Shown here: piece after piece, positions 28,575 through 36,592 of the stretch | Layout of the letters: every line of letters begins with the position of its first letter | Position numbering within the stretch: the stretch's first letter is position 1 | From: a virus | Lineage: Duplodnaviria > Caudoviricetes | IMG/VR virus record: IMGVR_UViG_3300008259_004318 | Location: 1 to 56,832 of that record | Strand: one strand, 5' to 3' | DNA length: 56,832 nucleotides | The notes under the pieces: generated by a model | What the model was told of the DNA's origin: nothing | The model's input: the letters and a program-made list of their open reading frames with translations, nothing else | Databases searched by the model: none | Made by a program: the position numbers and the translations under genes

Positions 28575-29504
28575 ATGATAGATTACTCAAATATACCATC
28601 AATTACAAATCACCAAACTTTTTTTGCAACAGGTACTGATGTTTGGCAAACTTGGCAAAAACCAAGAAACTGTAATTTTGTTTATATTACAGCAATTGGT
28701 GGCGGTGGAGGTGGTGGTTCTGCTCAAGTTACATCAGGTGATGGTGGAGGAGGTGGAGGTGGAGGTTCATCATCTATAACAAGTATTTTAGTTCCTTCAG
28801 TTTTAATACCTGATACTCTTTATGTTTATGTTGGTCTTGGGGGTGATGGTGGTACTGCTGGTGGTGATGGTAGTGCTGGTCAACTATCTTACGTTACAAT
28901 TTTACCAAATACCACAACATCAAATACATTAATTAGGTCTGGTTCATCTAGTGCTAGTGGTGGACAAGTAGGGACAACGTTATCTGCCGGGTTAGGAGGA
29001 AGTGGAGGTTTAGGTTTTGTTAGTCCTCAAAATGGGTTTTTTTCAAGTTTAGGTATAATCACTACCACTACTGGTGATGATGGTGCAAATGGAGGAGCGC
29101 CAGGTTTTAACGCAGGTAATACCAAAACCGCTTTGTCTACTTTACCTTTAACAGGTGGAGGTGGAGGTGGAGGTAAATCAAACACAAATGGTGGTGCTGG
29201 TGGTAGTATTTTGGCTGGTGGTGTTTTAGGGAGAGTTGCTGGTGGTGTCGGTGCAACAACCGGTGGCCCTGGAGGTAATGGAGTACAAACAATAACCCCT
29301 CAAAATCTAACTTATTCATCAACAGAGTTTCCTTTTGCAACAACAGGAGGTGCTGGTGGCGGTGGTAGGTCTAGTGGTGTTGCAGGTAATGGTGGTATCG
29401 GGTCAATTGGTTCAGGTGGAGGAGGTGGAGGTGCCGGTTCGGGTAACCCAAACGCAAATGGAGGTCGAGGTGGTAACGGGTTAGTAATAATAAGCGCTTT
29501 TTAA
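28575..29504 (+). CDS. glycine-rich tail-associated protein, paralog 1
   Basis: WQTWQKP...IGGGGGGG...GGNGLVIISAF; start moved to ATG 28575 by comparison with paralog 2. Confidence 0.75.
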   Translation: MIDYSNIPSITNHQTFFATGTDVWQTWQKPRNCNFVYITAIGGGGGGGSAQVTSGDGGGGGGGGSSSITSILVPSVLIPDTLYVYVGLGGDGGTAGGDGSAGQLSYVTILPNTTTSNTLIRSGSSSASGGQVGTTLSAGLGGSGGLGFVSPQNGFFSSLGIITTTTGDDGANGGAPGFNAGNTKTALSTLPLTGGGGGGGKSNTNGGAGGSILAGGVLGRVAGGVGATTGGPGGNGVQTITPQNLTYSSTEFPFATTGGAGGGGRSSGVAGNGGIGSIGSGGGGGGAGSGNPNANGGRGGNGLVIISAF

Positions 29505-29513
29505 ATTTAAATT

Positions 29514-30470
29514 ATGATAGATATATTTAATTTACCAAATATTAATAATAGTCAAGTATTTTATACACAAGGTAGTGGTATTTGGCAAACTTGGCAAAAA
29601 CCAAGAAACTGTAAATTTATTCACTTTACATTAATTGGTGGTGGAGGAGGTGGTGGCGGTGGAAGAGGGTCGAATTCTAACACCGCAGGTGGTGGTGCTG
29701 GTGGTGGATCATCTTCAGTGACTTCAGGGATTTTTCAAGCAAATCTTTTACCTGATACAATTTATGTTTTAGTAGATTCAGGAGGTCCTGGAGGTCTTGG
29801 AGGATCACCAGGCTTAGCCGGTAATAGCGGCTCAATCGGTAATTTATCTTTTGTTTCAGTTTCTACATCAACAGGTTCTACTGATGTTATTTTATCTAGC
29901 GGTGATGTTGCAGCGACTGGTGGTGGTGGTGGACTAATATCACTAGCATCAACTGCAGGTTCTGCGGGTACAACATTTAACGGTACTTCGGATGGTGTTT
30001 TTTCTTCTTTAGGTTTATTTTCAACAACCGCAGGTCAGGCAGGTGGTACAGGCATTAACAACGCTGCCGGTGGTAGTATAACAATTTCAAGAATTACAAC
30101 AGGAGGTGCTGGAGGTGGTGGTACGTCATCAGCTATATCATCATTTTCAGGTGGATCAATTATATCATCAGGGATTGTTCCACAAATTAATGGTGGAGCA
30201 TTAGGTTTAGGCGCAAACGGATCTGTTGGTTCCACAGGGTTTATAAGTTTAACCCCTTCAGACTTGGTTAGTGTAAAAAACCCTCTGATAACAACAGGTG
30301 GTGCTGGTGGAGGTGGGGGAACAAATAACGGTGCAGGTTCTTTTAATGGTGGTAATGGTGCAATAGGTGGTTTTGGTTCTGGCGGTGGAGGTGGCGGTGG
30401 TGCGTATAATGGTACAGGAGGTAATGGTGGCAAAGGGGGGGACGGTTTAGTAATTATAACCTGTTTTTAA
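29514..30470 (+). CDS. glycine-rich tail-associated protein, paralog 2
   Basis: Same architecture as paralog 1; 34 nt identical (28642-28675 vs 29581-29614). Confidence 0.75.
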   Translation: MIDIFNLPNINNSQVFYTQGSGIWQTWQKPRNCKFIHFTLIGGGGGGGGGRGSNSNTAGGGAGGGSSSVTSGIFQANLLPDTIYVLVDSGGPGGLGGSPGLAGNSGSIGNLSFVSVSTSTGSTDVILSSGDVAATGGGGGLISLASTAGSAGTTFNGTSDGVFSSLGLFSTTAGQAGGTGINNAAGGSITISRITTGGAGGGGTSSAISSFSGGSIISSGIVPQINGGALGLGANGSVGSTGFISLTPSDLVSVKNPLITTGGAGGGGGTNNGAGSFNGGNGAIGGFGSGGGGGGGAYNGTGGNGGKGGDGLVIITCF

Positions 30471-30519
30471 ATAACCATATTCATTTACTTAAAAATACAA
30501 TTTTTTTATTTTTCATAGT

Positions 30520-33500
30520 ATGATTCATGAAAAATGCTATGTTTATTACGCTACAGAAAACTATTTTGAGGTTGTAAAGAAATCTATAGAGTCGGTTCGT
30601 AAATATTCCAACTTACCAGTATACGTTTACTTTTTAAATTCAGAATTAAAACTAGATATTGAAAATACATTCACAATAAATTGGAATTGTGACATTTATT
30701 TAGATCCCCAAATGTACGAAGTTTTAGGTAACAAAAATTTTTATATAGAAAGAAGAAATAAAAATATATATAATATTTTAATTCAAAGACCATTAATAGT
30801 TAAACATTGTTTAGAAAATTATTCAAAAATGGTTTGTTATGTAGATAGTGATTCAATATCAACACCATATGTTGATACAATTTTTGATTACTACAACGAT
30901 GAGATTAATTACCCCTATTTTACATTAGGTGTTTATGATTACTTATATTTTTATGGAAGAGGTGGTGTTGCAATTGATGAAGAACAAACAAATACTTTAG
31001 AATATCCACTTTGTGAGTTATTAAATACAAATCAAAAAAATAGAAACTCATACAGACAAACAGGGTATTTTGTTTCTAATCAAAACTGTATTCCATTTTT
31101 AAACGAGTGGTGGAATACTTGTAATCATCCTGAAATATTAAATAATCCTGCACATTACACACCATATCACGAAGAAACGGTTGCAAACGTACTATTATGG
31201 AAATACAATTATCAAGAAAGTTTACCATACATTTATGTTAATGGCTCAATAGAAAGGGTTGACGAAATATATAATAAAATTAAATTTATCGGAAGTGATA
31301 ATTTAGTTTCAGACCTTTATAAAATACCAAAAACAAAAGAAACCTTATTATTTTTTCATGGAGAAAAAAGACCAAACGTGATGGAAGAAATGATAGATAA
31401 TATTGAAAAAAATTATAAAATGAAAATACTTTTTGTTGCGCCACACCTCTCAACAGGAGGAATGCCATCATTTTTACTAAAAAGAATTGAAGAATTATTA
31501 AAACATAATAATGATATTGAAATATTTGTTGTTGAGTATTCATACTATGGTCCAGCTTATGTTGTTCATAGAAATAAAATAATTGATCTTATAGGTAATG
31601 ATCATTTTTTTGAACTAGGTCCAAATAAGGATAATTTAATTAATATTATAAATGATAATAATATTGATATTGTTCATTTTGATGAAAACGTTGAGATGTT
31701 AAATGACAAATTATCAAAAAATGCAATCTCAAAACTTTTTGATAATAATAGAAATTATAGAATAGTTGAGACTTGTCATAATATTTGGTTTGATGGAAAT
31801 AGTAATAAATTATACCACCCAGACGGTTATATTTTTTGTACACCTTGGCATCAACACAACACTTTTTCAGGACTACCTTCACAAAAAATAACTTCTCAAT
31901 TTCCTATAGAAAATAAAATACCTACAAGTGAAGAGAAATTAGAATCAAGAAAACTTCTTGGTTTTGAAAACAATAAAATACACGTCATTAATGTTGGGTT
32001 ATGGACAAGAGGAAAAAATCAAGGTGAGTTGGTTGAGGTTGCTAAAAAAATGAAAGACAAAAATATTATATTTCATTTTATAGGTAACCAAGCTCCAAAT
32101 TTTTTAGATTACTGGGAACCAATAATGAAAGATATTCCCTCAAATGTTAGAGTTTGGGGAGAAAGAGATGATGTTAGTGATTTTTTAATTGCTGGAGATA
32201 TTATGTCATTTAATTCAACATTAGAATGTAATCCTCTTGTTTTAAGAGAAGCAATATCCCATGGTTTAAAGATAATAGCAAGACCACTTAGTCAATATAT
32301 GGGAATTTATAATGATTACCTTTTTCCTATTGAAACTAATGACACAAATATTTTAGTTAATTTACTAAATAAAGTTATAGAGTCAGATAACAAATACCAA
32401 AGATATAACTATGAAAATGAAAAATTTTCAAAAGAACATATAAACTTTTATAATAAAATTTTATTAGAAAAACCAATTATGCAAAATTTAGAAAAAAGTA
32501 ATATACAAATTATTAAACACTTTGTTGAAAACCCTTTTATTGAAATTAAAGGTGATAGTGAATCGGAATACTTAATTAAGTTTTTTGATGAAAATAACAT
32601 TTTATCATATCAGTCAACTTTAAAGGTAAATCATTGGTCAAAGTTAAATAGACAATATTATACAAAATGGAGAACTGAAGTCTATGAAGATGGTAATTTA
32701 ATATTAAATGAAGTTTTAGATTTGAAGGATAAGAGAGTGTACATTTCTTTTGAAAGTAAGTCATTAGGTGATACTTTATCTTGGATACCTTACGTTGAGG
32801 AGTTTAGAAAAAAACACGAATGTAAAGTTATTCTATCAACATTTTTAAATGAACTATTAAGGGACCAATACCCTGAAATTGAATTTGTAAACCCTAACAC
32901 TACTGTACATAATTTATATGCACTTTATAGAATAGGTTGGTTTTATACTGAAGAAGGTAAATACGATACAAATAGACACCCGTATGATCCAAAATCACAA
33001 CCATTACAAAAAACAGCATCCGATATTTTAGGTTTAGAGTATAAAGAAATTAGACCCAAAATTAAAAGACCTTATTTACCAAAAAATAAAAAAGTAGGTA
33101 TTGGAATACATGGTACCGCTCAAGCAAAATATTGGAATAACGAAAATGGGTGGCAAGAGGTTATAAATTATTTAAAATCAAAAGGTTATGAAGTTGTAAT
33201 TTATTCAAAAGAAAATGATGGATATATGGGTAACAAACATCCGTATGGTGCAACAAAATTCAAAGAAGGACCATTACGTGATCTTATAAGTGATATGATA
33301 ACTTGTGAATTTTTTATAGGTATTGGTTCAGGACTTTCTTGGTTAGCGTGGTCATTAGATTTGCCCGTTATTTTAATTTCAGGATTTAGTCACAAATGGA
33401 CGGAAACTCAATCTGACACATATAGGGTTATAAATGACAATGTTTGTCATGGTTGTTTTAATATGTGTAGATTAGATGCGAATGATTGGAAATGGTGTCC

Positions 33501-33567
33501 TTTATTAAAGGACACCAATAGAATGTTTGAATGTACTAAAAGTATAACATCAGAAATGGTTATTTGA
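30520..33567 (+). CDS. three-domain glycosyltransferase (GT-A-like + GT4-like + autotransporter O-heptosyltransferase-like); C-terminus apparently clipped
   Basis: YVDSD (DxD); KILFVAPHLSTGG...KNQ...ECNPLVLREA (GT-B); SKSLGDTLSW...FFIGIGSGLSWLAW...CHGC...WCP...FEC. Confidence 0.82.
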   Translation: MIHEKCYVYYATENYFEVVKKSIESVRKYSNLPVYVYFLNSELKLDIENTFTINWNCDIYLDPQMYEVLGNKNFYIERRNKNIYNILIQRPLIVKHCLENYSKMVCYVDSDSISTPYVDTIFDYYNDEINYPYFTLGVYDYLYFYGRGGVAIDEEQTNTLEYPLCELLNTNQKNRNSYRQTGYFVSNQNCIPFLNEWWNTCNHPEILNNPAHYTPYHEETVANVLLWKYNYQESLPYIYVNGSIERVDEIYNKIKFIGSDNLVSDLYKIPKTKETLLFFHGEKRPNVMEEMIDNIEKNYKMKILFVAPHLSTGGMPSFLLKRIEELLKHNNDIEIFVVEYSYYGPAYVVHRNKIIDLIGNDHFFELGPNKDNLINIINDNNIDIVHFDENVEMLNDKLSKNAISKLFDNNRNYRIVETCHNIWFDGNSNKLYHPDGYIFCTPWHQHNTFSGLPSQKITSQFPIENKIPTSEEKLESRKLLGFENNKIHVINVGLWTRGKNQGELVEVAKKMKDKNIIFHFIGNQAPNFLDYWEPIMKDIPSNVRVWGERDDVSDFLIAGDIMSFNSTLECNPLVLREAISHGLKIIARPLSQYMGIYNDYLFPIETNDTNILVNLLNKVIESDNKYQRYNYENEKFSKEHINFYNKILLEKPIMQNLEKSNIQIIKHFVENPFIEIKGDSESEYLIKFFDENNILSYQSTLKVNHWSKLNRQYYTKWRTEVYEDGNLILNEVLDLKDKRVYISFESKSLGDTLSWIPYVEEFRKKHECKVILSTFLNELLRDQYPEIEFVNPNTTVHNLYALYRIGWFYTEEGKYDTNRHPYDPKSQPLQKTASDILGLEYKEIRPKIKRPYLPKNKKVGIGIHGTAQAKYWNNENGWQEVINYLKSKGYEVVIYSKENDGYMGNKHPYGATKFKEGPLRDLISDMITCEFFIGIGSGLSWLAWSLDLPVILISGFSHKWTETQSDTYRVINDNVCHGCFNMCRLDANDWKWCPLLKDTNRMFECTKSITSEMVI

Positions 33568-33893
33568 GATGAATGAAAATCTTCACAACCTAACCAATGA
33601 GGTAAGATAAATTCACCTTCAATAACTTCGTATTCCATAGTATTTTTGAAGCCACGAGATTTCCATACGTCAATAGAATCGTTGTAATATTGTTTAAGAG
33701 CATTTACATAATCACGCCACATTACAGAACATGGATGATTTAACCAACCCTTATAAGGTTTACCATCTTTACGTAAACGACCTGTGATTGCAGATATGAT
33801 TTGGTAAGCCTCAACACGTTGTTTACCTAAACGTTTGTTATCAAGAGATTCTAATGATTTTCTAAAATCTGAATAAGGAAGAAATGTTTGCAT
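33447..33893 (-). CDS. pyrimidine dimer DNA glycosylase-like (MSMEG_6728 family); aberrant C-terminus
   Basis: MQTFLPY..F..S...LDNKRLGKQRVEA.QI...GWLNHP...MW...LPHWLG; after DFHSS the frame reads into the antisense of the glycosyltransferase. Confidence 0.8.
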   Translation of the reverse strand: MQTFLPYSDFRKSLESLDNKRLGKQRVEAYQIISAITGRLRKDGKPYKGWLNHPCSVMWRDYVNALKQYYNDSIDVWKSRGFKNTMEYEVIEGEFILPHWLGCEDFHSSQITISDVILLVHSNILLVSFNKGHHFQSFASNLHILKQP

Positions 33894-33897
33894 AATA

Positions 33898-33905
33898 CAA
33901 AGATA
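33898..33905 (-). promoter_or_regulatory. Bacteroidota -7 promoter element
   Basis: TATCTTTG 4 nt upstream of the ATG at 33893. Confidence 0.6.
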
Positions 33906-33987
33906 AGAAAATAATTTGAATGTAGTGTTGAATATTTGAAAAAAAAGAAGTATATATTAATATAATAAACGTTTAATTTAATAAAAA

Positions 33988-34173
33988 ATGAAAAAATTAG
34001 TATTAGTGTGTGTTACGATTTTGACCACAATTTCTCTAATGACTTCTTGTGGTGAAAAAACAGCAACTCAAAATGCTACTGAAGTGGCTACACCTACAGC
34101 GTCACCTGAAGCAACTGCGGTTGATTCTACGGCAACTGCTACAGACGTTGTTGTTGACACAACAGAAAATTAA
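33988..34173 (+). CDS. small lipoprotein
   Basis: MKK + hydrophobic core + LMTS-C lipobox; T/A/D-rich low-complexity mature part. Confidence 0.75.
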   Translation: MKKLVLVCVTILTTISLMTSCGEKTATQNATEVATPTASPEATAVDSTATATDVVVDTTEN

Positions 34174-34194
34174 TTAGGAACTAACCTAAAAAAG

Positions 34195-34223
34195 AAAACC
34201 CACTTCAAAAGAGTGGGTTTTTT
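34195..34223. terminator. bidirectional terminator between the lipoprotein gene and tmRNA
   Basis: AAAACCCACTT...GAGTGGGTTTT hairpin with A and T tails. Confidence 0.75.
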
Positions 34224-34226
34224 AAT

Positions 34227-34439
34227 TGGTGGAGGTGGAGGGGCTCGAACCCTCGTCCATAACATCCTGTCAGATAAGGACTACACGTTTAGGTTAACAT
34301 TTTCTAATTTAAACCAACCACTGAAAGGTTATCAAGTACGTTGCCGTATATAAATGTGAATCAGTTTTTAAAGAGATTAACTCAGTCCCTACGTGCCCTT
34401 ATTCTTCAGCCGATACCTGTCAAATCCAAAAACACCCCC
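34227..34439 (-). ncRNA. ssrA: tmRNA, abnormally short (213 nt)
   Basis: 5' GGGGGTG...GGATTTGAC; 3' GACGAGGGTTCGAGCCCCTCCACCTCCACCA; acceptor stem with G3.U; helix-2 pairing ATAAGGGC/GTCCTTAT; candidate tag frame 34345-34304. Confidence 0.9.
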
Positions 34440-34459
34440 ATATTTTCAAAGAACTTATA

Positions 34460-34467
34460 CAAAGATA
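34460..34467 (-). promoter_or_regulatory. Bacteroidota -7 promoter element for tmRNA
   Basis: TATCTTTG about 20 nt upstream of the mature 5' end. Confidence 0.65.
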
Positions 34468-34505
34468 ATATATTTGTTTCTATTATCCAATATATTTATA
34501 TAAAT

Positions 34506-35627
34506 ATGTTGAAAAAAAAGTTTATTTTTGAAAACGATCATGAAGAAGATCCTGACGACTGGTCTGATTATAAAAACATCATGCATTTAGCAAAAAATAG
34601 AATCAGTCCATATAGAGTTACTTTTGAAACATCTGATGGTAAAAGTTTTGATGATATTATTGAAGTTACTCGCGATGGTATAATTTTTACTTTTGATGGT
34701 TTAGATGAATACTTAAAATTTTTCTTTCCTGATGTTTATGCTGAAGATGATGATGGTGAATATGATGCTAGATATTATGATGCAATGTATAATGGTAGAT
34801 GGGAGTGGTATGATGACTTTTATAATAGAGATAGTGATGATTGGGGAGAAGGTTATGTTACTGATAGATTAAGAAAAAATCATTTAGAATTAATTAGAGA
34901 TATATCAAAAACTATTTCACCAAGATTATATACGAAACTATCAAAAATGTTAGAAGAAGGAACTCCTCTTGATTCAGAATTAAATATTGAAATAAGAGAT
35001 TTTTTAGAGACAATAAATATTGGTGATGAAATAACAGAAGCCTACACAGATGCAAATTATGCTGCAGTTGTGGATGAAGTACCAAAAGGAATTAAAGATA
35101 CGTATTGTGATTGTTTAAGAAATGTTGGAGTTGAAAGATATAGTAAAAAATATTGTTTTTGGAAATATGAAATGGATTGGGGATCTTGTATGATGTTATA
35201 TGCTCGTTTTGGAACTGATGAAGATAAACTTTTAGATTTATTATTTGAAGCAATTAGAAAAGATAATATTAGACATTTGCCAGTTTATTATGAAATGCAA
35301 TATGAATTTTGGGAATTGGAAGAAATACAAAGTGATTCTGAAAAATATGATGAAAAATATTTTGAAGTTTTAGATAAAGTAATGGAACTTGGTGGTGTTA
35401 ATACTTGGATTACAACAAAAGATAGAAAATATGAAATAAAAATTGATAATATTGAACCAACCAATAGTTTAATAACATATAAAATTAAAGAACCTTATAA
35501 GTGGCAAACTAAAGTAGGAAAAACTGATATTGATAGTTTAATTAGTATGATTTATAATGAAAAGTTATTTAACATGATGGAGCATCTTGATAAATTTTCA
35601 ATACTTAGAAATAAGACGTTCCTTTAA
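34506..35627 (+). CDS. hypothetical acidic/aromatic-rich protein
   Basis: Start moved to ATG 34506 (MLKKKFIFEND) after TATTTAT 34493-34499; the track extension overlaps the tmRNA. Confidence 0.7.
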   Translation: MLKKKFIFENDHEEDPDDWSDYKNIMHLAKNRISPYRVTFETSDGKSFDDIIEVTRDGIIFTFDGLDEYLKFFFPDVYAEDDDGEYDARYYDAMYNGRWEWYDDFYNRDSDDWGEGYVTDRLRKNHLELIRDISKTISPRLYTKLSKMLEEGTPLDSELNIEIRDFLETINIGDEITEAYTDANYAAVVDEVPKGIKDTYCDCLRNVGVERYSKKYCFWKYEMDWGSCMMLYARFGTDEDKLLDLLFEAIRKDNIRHLPVYYEMQYEFWELEEIQSDSEKYDEKYFEVLDKVMELGGVNTWITTKDRKYEIKIDNIEPTNSLITYKIKEPYKWQTKVGKTDIDSLISMIYNEKLFNMMEHLDKFSILRNKTFL

Positions 35628-36518
35628 TATTTCATAAAGATATACCAAATCATCATCATTTATAAAAAGATTATTACCATCAAATATATCTGATATTATA
35701 ATGCCATCTTTTTCTTCAATTACATCAATACTTTCTAATTGATGAACAGGGTAATCTTCAATTTCTTCATCATCTTGAAATTGTAATAAAGAGTTCATAA
35801 CAGTTTGTGGTGTGTATACGATTGGTTTATATTCGTATTTATATTTTTTCAAACCCAATTCTTTAACCATATTTAATCCTGCTGTAATTGCATTTTCAAC
35901 ATCTTCTATTGAAACAAATTCTTGGTTTGAGTGCATATTATAATAACCACAAGACATATTAATACAACAAACATCAATTTTCTTTTTTAATTGTGATATA
36001 TCAGTATAAGGGTGTGATTGAACAAGCATTTCATTTCCAAACGCATTTTCAATAACATCTAATGTTTTAATAAAAAATTCACTATCACGTTCAAATAAAC
36101 GAACTCCCGAGCAAATCTCGGATATTAAATGATTACCAGGTGCGTCATATTGAGTGATATAACCAACATCTTGTAAAAAGTTTTCATCACATTTTGAAGA
36201 TCCGTGACATCCTGTTTCTTCTGAAACAAATAGACCAATTTTTACTTTATCTAAAGTTTTTAATAACTCTAAACAAATAAAAATACCACATTTATCATCA
36301 CCACCAATACCTGTTGGGTTACCATCTTCGGTGTATGCTTTTAAACATGGGACTTTAACCTCATCAAACTTTTTTCCAAATGTATTAGGTCTGATGAGGT
36401 TTTCTTCTTTTACGATGATTTTATCTACCTTATGATGAACGGTGTCCGTATGGGCAATAAACATTGGGTAATATTCACCTTCATTTAATTTGCCTTTAGT
36501 TGCGTATATATTCATCAT
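35598..36518 (-). CDS. M20/M28-type zinc peptidase, N-terminally truncated
   Basis: IAHTDTVH, GGDDKCG, SEETG, QYD, YYNMHS metal-ligand motifs; the frame continues 12 codons upstream to an in-frame TAA. Confidence 0.8.
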   Translation of the reverse strand: MMNIYATKGKLNEGEYYPMFIAHTDTVHHKVDKIIVKEENLIRPNTFGKKFDEVKVPCLKAYTEDGNPTGIGGDDKCGIFICLELLKTLDKVKIGLFVSEETGCHGSSKCDENFLQDVGYITQYDAPGNHLISEICSGVRLFERDSEFFIKTLDVIENAFGNEMLVQSHPYTDISQLKKKIDVCCINMSCGYYNMHSNQEFVSIEDVENAITAGLNMVKELGLKKYKYEYKPIVYTPQTVMNSLLQFQDDEEIEDYPVHQLESIDVIEEKDGIIISDIFDGNNLFINDDDLVYLYEILKERLISKY

Positions 36519-36592
36519 ATCATCTCGGTAGTAGGAGACGCCTGGAATTGTGTCTTACAAAGATAATATATTTATTTAATAAAACAAATTTT

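Noticed and set aside
34227-34260. tRNA gene
   Set aside because: The T-arm and CCA end belong to the tmRNA; the 5' acceptor strand is about 200 nt away and there is no anticodon arm.
34341-34505. ORF-track N-terminal extensions (also 36500-36592, 49654-49716, 28554-28574, 48459-48482)
   Set aside because: They overlap the tmRNA, neighbouring genes or promoter motifs; downstream ATGs fit better.
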